Source: a virus. Taken from it: 64,000 nt of DNA. The first letter of the stretch is position 1. Every line of letters starts with the position of its first letter. A model generated the notes under the pieces. The model made no database searches. It was given only the letters and a program-made list of their open reading frames with translations, and was not told the origin of the DNA. Shown in pieces: positions 48,600 to 58,522 of the stretch. A program made the position numbers and the translations under genes. The stretch spans positions 1-64,000 of the IMG/VR virus record IMGVR_UViG_3300043438_002264. The stretch is one strand, 5' to 3'.

Positions 48600-49116
48600 T
48601 TGTTAGAACCTCTCGCTCTTTAGACACTGCTGAAAGACGCTTCATAATTTCATTACGAATTTCTGGATATTCTGAAGCTATATCTTTTAAAATTCCAACT
48701 AAAATTTCTTGCTTACGCTCAATCTCCAGCATTTCTTCTGCAAGCTCTTTATTCTCTAGCAAGCCTGCCTTTTGTAGCATATCAATTCTTCTTGCTTCTA
48801 TATCCAGGACAAGCTTAATTGCTGAAGTTTTAGCACTAAGGTTTGCCGTTGTAGTTGCATCGTCAATAACCTCATAGGCTTTGCTGATTAACTTGTTATA
48901 GTGGGTGTCTGCTCCAACTAGAGCTTCTTTAGCTCTTGCTCTAATTGCGGCATTGTCTGAAGCCATCTGTCGCCACTCACTAATGTAAGCAACAACCTTC
49001 TGCCTAGGGATATCTAGATCTTTTGATATCTGAGTAGGCTCAGCACCTTTTAGATATTCCTCAACTACCCTGTTTACCTTATCTAAGTGCTCAATTAAGT
49101 TTTCTTCAGTTGACAT
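48583..49116 (-). CDS. HTH protein, probable terminase small subunit
   Basis: N-terminal HTH-like segment, helical; directly upstream of terL. Confidence 0.6.
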   Translation of the reverse strand: MSTEENLIEHLDKVNRVVEEYLKGAEPTQISKDLDIPRQKVVAYISEWRQMASDNAAIRARAKEALVGADTHYNKLISKAYEVIDDATTTANLSAKTSAIKLVLDIEARRIDMLQKAGLLENKELAEEMLEIERKQEILVGILKDIASEYPEIRNEIMKRLSAVSKEREVLTIVNDV

Positions 49117-49387
49117 TATTTTTACCCCTTTTTATTGGCATTAGTTTAATTCTATCAGCTTTAAAGGATCTCCATGCAGAAACAATATTTTTATCTAACT
49201 CAAAACAGTCTATCCAAGTAGAGCCAGTTTCTTTGTTTGTAACTACGCTAAGAAACTTAAACTTGGCTCCGTGCTCTCCATTAATTTTAATGACTTCTCC
49301 AGGGACAAGGGTTCTGCTTCCAACCTGCAGCTCATAGGATCTTTCAAACTTAGTTTCTCTTATTGCAGAGGATTTCCTGTTAATCAT
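49106..49387 (-). CDS. hypothetical protein
   Basis: ORF track. Confidence 0.7.
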   Translation of the reverse strand: MINRKSSAIRETKFERSYELQVGSRTLVPGEVIKINGEHGAKFKFLSVVTNKETGSTWIDCFELDKNIVSAWRSFKADRIKLMPIKRGKNNVN

Positions 49388-49539
49388 CTTTTAGATTTCC
49401 TTAGCTTAAACTTTGCCAAGTAAACATAGATAGTCTCGACTGTTGCTCCACACTCTTTAGCAATTTCTTCTGGAGTTTTTTTATCAACCCAATATCTTTT
49501 TTTAAGCCAGGCTTCACTTGTATATAACTTATTTGGCAT
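49384..49539 (-). CDS. 51-aa HTH protein
   Basis: Hand-translated LYTSEAWLKKRY....TPEEIAKECG.TVETIY..L.KF. Confidence 0.75.
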   Translation of the reverse strand: MPNKLYTSEAWLKKRYWVDKKTPEEIAKECGATVETIYVYLAKFKLRKSKR

Positions 49540-50115
49540 TTAAAAGCCTACCTTAATTAAATTATTAATTGCGTAGTGGCCTATAGCAACTGCATCAGCA
49601 ACATCATTATCAGAAATATCTCTGTCATAGTAGGAATTTACAAAGCGAATTGTTTTTTGCTTTCTTACTTCTCTTTCAATACTTTTTAGTGTTGATGCAG
49701 CCTTGTTTGGATTTTGCTTAGCTATTTCAAGTTTTTCTACATTGTCTAATTTTTTATTTCCAATATAATTTTGCCAAGTAATTGGGCTAACAGATCCAAA
49801 CCTTTTTACCCCAGCAATCCTTGCTGCCCCAAGAAGGCCTCCCTGCACTAAGGCTAAGTCTGCAGCTGTCTTTGGGCTATTCATAAAAACTGTGTGTTCT
49901 ATTACAATAGCATCAATGTTAAATTTTTCAAGAAAGGCCAATGATTTTCTAGCAGCGTCTCCAACCTTTACGTACGTGTCTGTGCCAGCAAATTTAATTT
50001 TTCCAAAAGCTTTTAATTCTTTGTCAGAAAAAATAGCAAATGCAAGACTGTTTGTACTTGCATCTATTGCACAAATATTTGTAGGGTGATTGCTAAGTAA
50101 ACTAATCTTTACCAT
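49540..50115 (-). CDS. ruvC: RuvC-like Holliday junction resolvase
   Basis: AIDAST, IVIE, W, DNDVADAVAIG. Confidence 0.8.
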   Translation of the reverse strand: MVKISLLSNHPTNICAIDASTNSLAFAIFSDKELKAFGKIKFAGTDTYVKVGDAARKSLAFLEKFNIDAIVIEHTVFMNSPKTAADLALVQGGLLGAARIAGVKRFGSVSPITWQNYIGNKKLDNVEKLEIAKQNPNKAASTLKSIEREVRKQKTIRFVNSYYDRDISDNDVADAVAIGHYAINNLIKVGF

Positions 50116-50386
50116 TAGACAACCTTTTTATATCTTTTAAAGCAATTGATATATCAACTGGATTAATTAAACATTTACTACAGATTTGATCATCATTATA
50201 TATTGATAATTGCTGTTCGCAGGTTTTGCATTTTCTAACTTTTCCAGTCCTACGACTAATTCTTGAAAGCTGATACCTTTCTGCAATCTTTTCTTTGGTT
50301 GCAGCATCCCTACACCCTGGCGAGCAATATATTTGATAAGAAACAGATGTTTCAAAAGCTTCATCACACCATTGACAGTGTTTCAT
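50102..50386 (-). CDS. zinc-finger protein
   Basis: C..C...YCS..C...C..C...C..C; start placed at ATG 50386. Confidence 0.7.
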   Translation of the reverse strand: MKHCQWCDEAFETSVSYQIYCSPGCRDAATKEKIAERYQLSRISRRTGKVRKCKTCEQQLSIYNDDQICSKCLINPVDISIALKDIKRLSNGKD

Positions 50387-51170
50387 CCAACGACTCCAAA
50401 GATTTAATTTTAATCTCTCCAGAGCCTGCAAGATCACAAGTTGCCCGAATAGGACAAGTCTTACAAATTTTTGAGTTAGACCTATAGTTTTTCTCTGGCA
50501 GGGTTTTGTTTTCCCAAGCCTTTCTAACTGTTCTCATCCACTCAAAAGCGTTCTCTACCCACTTAAAAGAATACTCATTTAATTCTACAGGAAAAATCAG
50601 AAGTTCGTGATTGTTCTTGTTTTCATAAATAAGGATTGCCTTGCTTTTGTTTAGTACCTTCATGTAAATTAATAGCTGGATTAAGTGACCAGCTTTTGGC
50701 TTACCCGCAAGTTTACGATACTCAAAGCCTTCATTTGGCATTGTTTTAATTTCACCAAGAAGGTCTTCGTTTTCCCACTCTAGGATTACATCTCCATATC
50801 CAAAAATTGGAGGATCTGGATATGTAATTTTGAATTCAGAATTCTTTAGAATCCCTGCATCTTCCATGGCTTGCTGGATTCTTTCGTGAGACTTGGTTCC
50901 AGCTGTCATGTTTGCTCCGCCATAAGCGTCTGCATTATCCTCAAACATTGCACCCTCAAAGGCCAGGTACCAATATCTGGGACACTCTCCATGAGAATAG
51001 GCAATAGTGCTTGGGGCAAATGTCTTTTTAGTCTGGAATTTGTCTACACGTTTAACAGTATACCCAGACTTAATCTTTTCAATTAATGCTTCTTTGTCCA
51101 CAAATGATGGACGAGACATAATTTTTTCTTCTGTTTTTAACATTACTTGTTGCAATAAACTTTTTGTCAT
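50364..51170 (-). CDS. Cas4-like / PD-(D/E)XK exonuclease with Fe-S cysteines
   Basis: CPR, GT..H, G.GD...GEIKT, QL.IY, C..CP....C. Confidence 0.85.
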   Translation of the reverse strand: MTKSLLQQVMLKTEEKIMSRPSFVDKEALIEKIKSGYTVKRVDKFQTKKTFAPSTIAYSHGECPRYWYLAFEGAMFEDNADAYGGANMTAGTKSHERIQQAMEDAGILKNSEFKITYPDPPIFGYGDVILEWENEDLLGEIKTMPNEGFEYRKLAGKPKAGHLIQLLIYMKVLNKSKAILIYENKNNHELLIFPVELNEYSFKWVENAFEWMRTVRKAWENKTLPEKNYRSNSKICKTCPIRATCDLAGSGEIKIKSLESLDETLSMV

Positions 51171-51205
51171 TTTGAAAACTCTTTTCTATATCCTTATAGT
51201 ATACA

Positions 51206-51511
51206 CTATCTGGCAATATATTTCAAGGCGGACACTAGGTTGTTGATAGATTCTGCTGCAGTGTAATAAAGATTTTTCTTGCCCCTGTCGCTTTTATCAA
51301 CATTTGCCATCCAGGTGGCTCTGAAAGCCATTTTAGCTGCAATTGCTTGCAGTCTGACAATTTCTACAGTAACCACATTAAGTGGTATATCTGGCTTTAA
51401 TATTACTTTTGCTATAAAAGTTAAAGCGGTGTTTAATTCCTCATCATTCATATAATCAGCAATTTCTGCTAGACCATTGATTGAGTCAATCGTTGTTTGC
51501 TGCTGCTCCAT
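51206..51511 (-). CDS. hypothetical protein
   Basis: ORF track; helical. Confidence 0.75.
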   Translation of the reverse strand: MEQQQTTIDSINGLAEIADYMNDEELNTALTFIAKVILKPDIPLNVVTVEIVRLQAIAAKMAFRATWMANVDKSDRGKKNLYYTAAESINNLVSALKYIAR

Positions 51512-52304
51512 TTTTGATCTTTCCGTGAGTGTTTGCGTCTATTCCTATTTGTAAGCCTAAATCATTGTACAAGTCCCATGCTGAGGTAAACTCTGTCCTT
51601 GTTGTTAAGTCTTTCATATGTTCCTGAATTCTGTCTGAATGGAATCTTGGGTCTAGGGGGTCTTCTCCGTTTGTGAATCTCCAGTCATCAAGTGGAGAAT
51701 AATCAAACGTAAGTATTTCACAAAAATCTCCTTCTTGCCACTCTCTTTTTGGTCTCCAGTGAACTTGATTAACTGCACTAAAAACTAAAGCGTCTCCCGC
51801 TTTTAAGGCATAGGGAACATTGTCAACATAAACGTCCCACTCAATATTTGTATCCAGGCAATAGTTAAAAGTAACAAGAGTATTTGCAGCGTCTATGTGT
51901 GGTGGTAGCGATGGAAAATACTTACCTTCTCCATACTTCATGTTGTAGTCTAGGTAACTGTAGTGACCAAGCTTAATTGGTTCTTTATAGACTGGCAAAA
52001 CATAGGAGTCCATAATGTCTTCTGCTTCTTGGGTACACTGAAACTCAATGACCATTCTTGACATGTGAGTCATAATTCTTGGATCAAACCGATCCATGCT
52101 CATATACTCTTCTTTGTCAACCTCTGCTGGTATAGAGGCTAGTGGACGATTTTCTTTTGCTTCTTCAATTATCTGCCTTAGGCCTTCTACTTGTTTTTTA
52201 TTAAAAGGCTGCTCTACATAAAATGGAACTGATAAATTAAATTTATCAAACCCAGATAAATAATCGTGCATTCCTTCTACTTTTGACATTTTAATCTTCC
52301 TCAT
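51486..52304 (-). CDS. 2OG-Fe(II) oxygenase-like protein
   Basis: LPPHID...W......L..GDALVF....HWR. Confidence 0.75.
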   Translation of the reverse strand: MRKIKMSKVEGMHDYLSGFDKFNLSVPFYVEQPFNKKQVEGLRQIIEEAKENRPLASIPAEVDKEEYMSMDRFDPRIMTHMSRMVIEFQCTQEAEDIMDSYVLPVYKEPIKLGHYSYLDYNMKYGEGKYFPSLPPHIDAANTLVTFNYCLDTNIEWDVYVDNVPYALKAGDALVFSAVNQVHWRPKREWQEGDFCEILTFDYSPLDDWRFTNGEDPLDPRFHSDRIQEHMKDLTTRTEFTSAWDLYNDLGLQIGIDANTHGKIKNGAAANND

Positions 52305-52878
52305 ATTTCTGGGAATAGTGTTTTGCTTTTTCTTGCATCTCTTTGGCTAAGTCTGTATCATAAGGCTGAGAATTCTTTTTTCTTAAATGAAAGAATATCA
52401 TATCAATGTAATCACTGTCAGCAAAAACCTTTTTCTCTCTCCAGTGAATCTGATGGGTTCCACTAAATGTTAAGGCAGAATTATTTGTTAGTGTAAATTT
52501 TTTATCCTCCACAACAAGTGGCCAGGTGGCGTTTCCACCAATCTGATAGTCAAAAGTAAACCTTGGTTCTGCAAATGCTGCGTCCCAATGAGGTGTTAAA
52601 TTTGGGAAAAGACTTTGTCCAGATTCTGGATCAGTAACGTTTCTATATCTAGCAAACTGATATTCTGCTATTTCTAAATCAGATTCACCAGAAATCTTTT
52701 CTGAATAATCAATTATTTTTTTTGCTACGCCATCTGGCAATTCAAAATCAGAAACGGTTTGAGCAAATAACTTCATGATATATTTTGATCTAGGATTGTT
52801 TATTGTAGAGTAAAGGATAGACATCTCGTCTTCAGTTAAAACATCTTCTACAATTACGTTTTCTTCGTTATGCTTCAT
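52291..52878 (-). CDS. 2OG-Fe(II) oxygenase-like protein, paralogue
   Basis: L.PHWD...WPL.V...F.GT.Q.HWRE...MIFFH; leaderless ATG 52878. Confidence 0.75.
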   Translation of the reverse strand: MKHNEENVIVEDVLTEDEMSILYSTINNPRSKYIMKLFAQTVSDFELPDGVAKKIIDYSEKISGESDLEIAEYQFARYRNVTDPESGQSLFPNLTPHWDAAFAEPRFTFDYQIGGNATWPLVVEDKKFTLTNNSALTFSGTHQIHWREKKVFADSDYIDMIFFHLRKKNSQPYDTDLAKEMQEKAKHYSQKYEED

Positions 52879-52885
52879 ATATCTA

Positions 52886-53170
52886 TTATACACCATCTAT
52901 CAATTGCTCAAGAATTGACATTTCAATAACAGCCAGCCTTGTTTTGATTCCAGATTCCCCTAAGACTACGACGATGGCTGGGTCATTACCATTTCTTATG
53001 GCATCTGTAGTTGCTTTGGCCCATACGTCTTTATTCAAAGTAAAAGATTTACTTACCTCTTTAAAGTCTATGGTAAAATTTTCCCAAGAGGCGTCCCCCT
53101 TGTGGTTCCCTCTTCCAGAATTTTTATGCTGCTTGGCCCCTAGGCGTTTGCTTTCACTTTTTTCTGTCAT
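52886..53170 (-). CDS. Hjc-like PD-(D/E)XK resolvase/nuclease
   Basis: E...LG....NSG....KGD......IDFKE. Confidence 0.7.
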   Translation of the reverse strand: MTEKSESKRLGAKQHKNSGRGNHKGDASWENFTIDFKEVSKSFTLNKDVWAKATTDAIRNGNDPAIVVVLGESGIKTRLAVIEMSILEQLIDGV

Positions 53171-53333
53171 AGTCTTTTTTACTTTTCTTTACATGTAGTT
53201 TTGCTGAGCTTAAATGTTTTTCTATACACATCCAAGTTACTTCTTTTTCTTCTGCATACCATCTTAAAGACGTAACTTCTGCTTTACAAGTATGACAAAC
53301 AAACTTGCCATTAATGACAGAGTATTTAGCCAC
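53154..53333 (-). CDS. 59-aa zinc-ribbon protein
   Basis: Hand-translated GKFVCHTC...TWMC..KH.S; GTG start. Confidence 0.6.
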   Translation of the reverse strand: MAKYSVINGKFVCHTCKAEVTSLRWYAEEKEVTWMCIEKHLSSAKLHVKKSKKDYDRKK

Positions 53334-54333
53334 GTAGCTTTTCCTTAATAGCTTCCTGAAGCTCTAGGTCTTCTCTAACACGATTTACGAAGCCATCTCT
53401 ACCCTGGACCTTTGACCCATCTGGTAGCACGTACCAGGCTCCTGTGCGTTCTACAATGCCCGCTAGCTCTGCTGTGTCAACCAAATCACCAATAGAGTCA
53501 ATGCCCAAGCGATCACCACGGAAATAGAAATCATACTCCCCAGATGCAAAAGCAGGGCTAGTCTTAGAGAACTGAATTTCCCAACGAATTTTTCTTCCAA
53601 TTTTTTCTTCAATTAATTTATCTCCTACCTTGATCTTGCCTTTGATTGCCTGATTGTCTGACTCAGATGAAAAAAGTTTAATAACAGTCGAGGAATAAAA
53701 CTTAGTAGATTGACCACCAGATGGCTGCTGACTAGTATACATAGCACTAATATTATTTCTAGACTGCGAAATAAGTAAGAGCATTGTTGGCTTAACTTTG
53801 TTATTAGCATAATTTAACATCTTCCATGCATTGCTAAAGTCTCTTGACTCAGCACCAATTTGTTTTGTATTTTCAAGTTCTTTAAGCTCATCTGTTCCCT
53901 TTTCAAAATAAATTGCTGGAAGCAATGAAGTTATAGAGTCTATAACAATTATATCAACTCCTACATTCATTAAGCTTGTTCCAACATCTACCATCTCATT
54001 AATAGTTCTTGCCTGAGAAACAATTAGGTTATCTGTATCTACTCCCATGGCTTTAGCCCATTCCTCAGAATAAGACATTTCTGCATCAATCCAAGCACAC
54101 AGCTTTCCTTCTGCCTGTGCCTGGCCAATCATCTGAAGGCACAGGGAAGACTTAGCACTAGACTTGCTTCCCCAAATAAGAACCTGCCTTCCCATAGGAA
54201 GCCCACCCAGCAGAGCACGGTTCATTCCAAAACTTGGGGTTTCTTGACGCTCAATTTTAAACCCTACGCCAGTTGATAGTCGCTTTCTAATTCTAGGATC
54301 TAAAGACGCTAGAGCTTCTTCCATTGTAGTCAT
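53326..54333 (-). CDS. recA: RecA/UvsX-like recombinase
   Basis: GGLP.GR, IWGSKSSAKS, WIDAE, IVIDS, ISQ.R, SGG, GAWY. Confidence 0.92.
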   Translation of the reverse strand: MTTMEEALASLDPRIRKRLSTGVGFKIERQETPSFGMNRALLGGLPMGRQVLIWGSKSSAKSSLCLQMIGQAQAEGKLCAWIDAEMSYSEEWAKAMGVDTDNLIVSQARTINEMVDVGTSLMNVGVDIIVIDSITSLLPAIYFEKGTDELKELENTKQIGAESRDFSNAWKMLNYANNKVKPTMLLLISQSRNNISAMYTSQQPSGGQSTKFYSSTVIKLFSSESDNQAIKGKIKVGDKLIEEKIGRKIRWEIQFSKTSPAFASGEYDFYFRGDRLGIDSIGDLVDTAELAGIVERTGAWYVLPDGSKVQGRDGFVNRVREDLELQEAIKEKLRG

Positions 54334-54554
54334 TAAGCTGCCAATCCAGAAATCTTATCTGGATTAAAACCAGACCAGGCATCGTTGTCTGCAATTACTA
54401 CTGGAGCAGATTTAAATCCTTTAGAAATTATCATGTCAAACGCTTCTGTGTCAACTGTAATATCGACAGTAGAGTATTCAATTTTTAACTTATCCATCAT
54501 TCTTTTTGTTGCTTCGCACTGTACGCACGAAGGCTTTGTATATACTGTAACCAT
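54333..54554 (-). CDS. nrdH: glutaredoxin-like NrdH
   Basis: VYTKPSCVQC, APVV, WSGF.PDKI. Confidence 0.95.
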   Translation of the reverse strand: MVTVYTKPSCVQCEATKRMMDKLKIEYSTVDITVDTEAFDMIISKGFKSAPVVIADNDAWSGFNPDKISGLAA

Positions 54555-57500
54555 TACTCTACATCCTCCATAATAACTGTTCCATCCTTTGTTTTTCCAA
54601 AGCTAAATTTGTATGCCGTTCCTTCTTGAATCTTCATATAAGCCTTAGGAAAGGCTGTGGGAAATACCGTCACAGAATGCAAGTCTCGTGAAGTATCTGC
54701 TAAAGTTAGTGATGCCATTTTCTTTCCAGCTTTAGTAATTCTAGGCTTAAATGATACCACAAACATCTCTTCATCCTTATAAGGCAGTTGCTTGTATCCT
54801 AAAAATTTAACCAGTCCACTGTCAGATTGTTTAATTTCATCCACAGGGATAGCAGTAACAATCCGATTGTTATCGCATAAAAGGAGGTAACTCCTACCAG
54901 GCTCAATAGTTGTTTGCTCTTCATCAAATATTCCTACGCTTCCAGTTTTGTCTAGCATTTCTACACGAGACCAGCCCTTGCCACGCTTGATTGATTTTAT
55001 CATTCCCATCAAAACAAACGCACCCTTTTCTTCAAAGTCTTCTACAGGATTAATAAATGCGTAGTAGTGGGATGGAACTGTGATATTAAACTCTGGAAGA
55101 TTTAGGAACTCATAAAGATTTTCTTTAATGTCTTGTTCGTTCCTTGGCTGATCTTCAAACGTTGCTGCACCAATTACTCTCAAGGCTTGCAATGATCTAC
55201 TGTTAACTCCACTACCCTTGGTAAAAGTAAACTCTTCTAAGTGCTTATAATTTTTAAATGGTCTTGCAGCAATATACTTTGACGCAATGTTATCAGAGAT
55301 ATATTTAATAGCTGTAAGTCCAAATCTGATTCCCTTACCCTCAATTTTAAAATCTGCATCAGAATCATTTACGTGAGGAAGCTTAACAGCAATCCCCATA
55401 CGCTTAGCCTCAATCAAATACTCTGTTCTGGCATCCTTGTCTTTTTCATTCTTAAGCAAAGAGTACATAAACTCTAGAGGGTGGTAATACTTTAGCCATG
55501 CAGTCCAGTACGACAAGGTAGAGTATGCCACAGCATGTGACTTATTAAATGAGTAGCCTGCGTGAGCCTCAAAGTCAGACCACAGTTCTCTGGCAGCGTT
55601 TGGGACCAAGAACCTAGAGGCTCCTTCTACGAACTTATCTCTAAACTGGTCAAACTCTTTGGCGTCTTTTTTCTTACCGATAATCTTACGAACCTTGTCA
55701 GCTTCTGCCATTGTCATACCACCAAGCTCTGTACAAGCCTGCATAACCTGCTCTTGATACAAAATACATCCGTAAGTATCTACAGTAAACGCCTTCATTA
55801 CTTGGTGGTGATAAGAAATATTTTGCTTTCCATGCTTACGGGCAATATAGTCTTTACCAATAGTATTCATGGCACCTGGACGAACTAAAGCATTAGAAGC
55901 GGCTAGCTCGTTAAAGTTTTTAACACCCATCTTAATAAGAAGGTTTGTATATGGGGTTGCTTCACACTGGAACACTCCCTTTGTATACCCTGAAGAAAGC
56001 ATGTCGTAGACTTTACTATCTTCCATATTTATTGATAGTGGATCAATCTTTTTACCAGATCTCTCTTCAATAATTTTCAAGGTATCCTGAAGAACACTAA
56101 GAGTCTTTAGACCAAGCATATCAATCTTGATTAGTCCAATCCGTTCAGCTTCTGCCATGTCTACAGCAACTACGGGAATTCTTTCTTTTGTTCCAGGGGC
56201 AGTCCGTGTTTCCATTGGGGCATATCTAAAGATTGGCTCTTTTGCTGTTACAACTCCTGCAGCATGAATTCCAGTGCCACGAATACGGCCTCTAAGCTGC
56301 TCTCCATATTTTTCAATCTCTGGATACTTCTGTCGGAACTCTGCAGTAGATTTTGATGTACAATACTCATCCCAAGTATCGACAAGCTTCATAACCTTAT
56401 TTACATCTGGTAGAGGAATATTTAGTACACGTGCAATATCACGAACTACACCCTTGTCTTTAAACGAAAGGAATGTGGCAATAGAGGCTACGTGACGATA
56501 CTGTCTAACAAGATAGTCTCTGACTTCTTCACGACGGTTGTCCTGAATATCTGTATCAATATCTGGAAAGTCATTACGTTCTGGATTAATAAAACGGAAG
56601 AAAAGAAGTCCGTGTTTAATTGGGTCAATGTCTGTAATACCCAGGGTGTAGCATAGCAGCGAACCAGCAGAAGACCCACGTCCTGGGCCAACCATGATGT
56701 CCTCTTTTTTGGCCCAAGCAATCATGCTTCTAACAACCAAAAAGTAAGGTCCAAAGTTTTTATCTTTAATAACCTTTAGTTCTTCATCAAGTCTGTCTAA
56801 GTATACTGGGTCATTATCCAATCCTCTAGATTTTAAACCTTCTAGTGCAAGACTCTTTAGCTCTCCATCTGGATCTTGGTACTGTACTGGCAAAAGATTT
56901 AGGTTGTCTTTAATTCCGTAGTCTTTAATTTTCTCAGCAACCTCTAAAGTATTTGAGTACATATCTGGTCTATTAATACCCTGGGCTTCCATAGCAGCCT
57001 TAATTTCTTCATAAGACAAAAGGTGAATATCAAACTTATTAAAGCTCATCTGCCTGTCTGCTCCATACAAATAGTCAAGCCTGTCCATTAAGTTTTCATG
57101 CTTCTTAGACTTTTCATAAGTAGCATCTTTTTGTACTTTATTGGAGTAGGTATTAAGAATTAACTTTAGCTCTTGAATTTCTTTTTGACCAGTGTGTGAG
57201 TGATGACAGTCTGGAGTTGCAACCATCTTTACACCAAACTCGTCAGCTAATTCAACCAGTACGTGGTTAATTTCTGCAGCAGTATGTGGCATCATCTCGA
57301 TATAATAATCATCGCCAAAAACATCTTTGAACCATTTGATGTGCTTCTTGGCGACAGCTAGCTCTCCAGCCTCAATAGCTTTTGCTAGAACTCCAGATGG
57401 GCATGCAGAAGAAACAATAATTCCTTCTTTGTATTTTTTTAGAACTTCGTAATCAATTCTAGGCTTCTTAAAGAATCCTTCTGTCCAAGCAATTTCATTT

Positions 57501-57826
57501 AGCTTGTTAAGATTTTCTAATCCTTTTTTGTTCTTGGCAAGAAGGATAATATGATTGTAAACTAAATCCAGTGGACCAGTTCTTTCGTCTTTGTCACGGT
57601 GGTCAAAACGATCCTCAGTGATATATCCTTCTATGCCAAGTATTGGCTTAATGCCCTTCTCTTTTGCAGCACGATACATTTCTCTGTGACCAGATAACGA
57701 ACCGTGATCCGTGATTGCCAAGGCAGGCATCCCTAACTCTAGGGCACGATCTACATACTCTTGTGGTGTGGCTATGCCATCAAAAAGAGAGTAGTGTGTG
57801 TGAACGTGTAAGCCAACGTAACCCAT
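54554..57826 (-). CDS. dnaE: DNA polymerase III alpha subunit
   Basis: PHP HVHTHYS..DG, TDHG; GRGSSAGS; FPDIDTD; HAAGVV; KIDMLGL; YSFNKSH. Confidence 0.97.
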   Translation of the reverse strand: MGYVGLHVHTHYSLFDGIATPQEYVDRALELGMPALAITDHGSLSGHREMYRAAKEKGIKPILGIEGYITEDRFDHRDKDERTGPLDLVYNHIILLAKNKKGLENLNKLNEIAWTEGFFKKPRIDYEVLKKYKEGIIVSSACPSGVLAKAIEAGELAVAKKHIKWFKDVFGDDYYIEMMPHTAAEINHVLVELADEFGVKMVATPDCHHSHTGQKEIQELKLILNTYSNKVQKDATYEKSKKHENLMDRLDYLYGADRQMSFNKFDIHLLSYEEIKAAMEAQGINRPDMYSNTLEVAEKIKDYGIKDNLNLLPVQYQDPDGELKSLALEGLKSRGLDNDPVYLDRLDEELKVIKDKNFGPYFLVVRSMIAWAKKEDIMVGPGRGSSAGSLLCYTLGITDIDPIKHGLLFFRFINPERNDFPDIDTDIQDNRREEVRDYLVRQYRHVASIATFLSFKDKGVVRDIARVLNIPLPDVNKVMKLVDTWDEYCTSKSTAEFRQKYPEIEKYGEQLRGRIRGTGIHAAGVVTAKEPIFRYAPMETRTAPGTKERIPVVAVDMAEAERIGLIKIDMLGLKTLSVLQDTLKIIEERSGKKIDPLSINMEDSKVYDMLSSGYTKGVFQCEATPYTNLLIKMGVKNFNELAASNALVRPGAMNTIGKDYIARKHGKQNISYHHQVMKAFTVDTYGCILYQEQVMQACTELGGMTMAEADKVRKIIGKKKDAKEFDQFRDKFVEGASRFLVPNAARELWSDFEAHAGYSFNKSHAVAYSTLSYWTAWLKYYHPLEFMYSLLKNEKDKDARTEYLIEAKRMGIAVKLPHVNDSDADFKIEGKGIRFGLTAIKYISDNIASKYIAARPFKNYKHLEEFTFTKGSGVNSRSLQALRVIGAATFEDQPRNEQDIKENLYEFLNLPEFNITVPSHYYAFINPVEDFEEKGAFVLMGMIKSIKRGKGWSRVEMLDKTGSVGIFDEEQTTIEPGRSYLLLCDNNRIVTAIPVDEIKQSDSGLVKFLGYKQLPYKDEEMFVVSFKPRITKAGKKMASLTLADTSRDLHSVTVFPTAFPKAYMKIQEGTAYKFSFGKTKDGTVIMEDVE

Positions 57827-57839
57827 ATATTATTACCTA

Positions 57840-58496
57840 CTACCAATCAATGTTGGTAGATGAGGTAAGAGATGGTGTGTCAAAGCCCAGATAAAAGGCT
57901 TCCTGCTCTGCGTAAGGAATGTTACGCAATGCTAGCTCTAGTGGATATGGTTCTACTCCACTCCAGTTGTATGGCTCTGTGTCTGGACCAGATGGAATTA
58001 GAGTATAGGTGGTTTCAGTTCCCTGACCACTACGTTTTAGCTTCCAGCTTAGGTTTGAGATGCTTCCAGTCTCTAAAGCAAATTCACGAATTGTGTTAAA
58101 TGCAGACTGCTTGCTAATTCCCATTGACCAGATTGCGACATACGGATCTTCAATTCCATCGTCAATCAGAACGTTGCAGTAAAATCTTAGACGAGCCTTC
58201 CAGCCTGCCTTAGGATCCTTACGGTGCATTTCTTCTGCCCAGTCACGTCCTTCTGAGTCCATGGTGTCTACAGCCTTACGCTTGTAGTCCTTTGGATTTG
58301 TGTGCTCTTTTACGACAATCGCTAGGCCACGCTTTGCGTCGTAGTTCGATGAATCCTCATCCAACTCTTCAACAAAACGAATCTTTACAGACTGTCCGTC
58401 TGCCAGCTTTAGCCAGCGGACCTTGCTTCCTGTTCCTTCGTACTTTGGTTTGTCAAGCAGGGCGTTGATATCTTTTAGTCCCTTTGTTACGCTCAT
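57840..58496 (-). CDS. single-stranded DNA-binding protein (gp32-like)
   Basis: KL.DGQS..IRF, KR.G.G.ET.Y; acidic-aromatic C terminus; position in replication module. Confidence 0.7.
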   Translation of the reverse strand: MSVTKGLKDINALLDKPKYEGTGSKVRWLKLADGQSVKIRFVEELDEDSSNYDAKRGLAIVVKEHTNPKDYKRKAVDTMDSEGRDWAEEMHRKDPKAGWKARLRFYCNVLIDDGIEDPYVAIWSMGISKQSAFNTIREFALETGSISNLSWKLKRSGQGTETTYTLIPSGPDTEPYNWSGVEPYPLELALRNIPYAEQEAFYLGFDTPSLTSSTNIDW

Positions 58497-58522
58497 TATT
58501 TCTCCTATGTTTGTTTGTTATG

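Noticed and set aside
50364-51170. Cas4-like gene as a sign of CRISPR-Cas
   Set aside because: No cas1/cas2, effector genes or repeat-spacer array; solo Cas4-like nucleases are common in phage recombination modules
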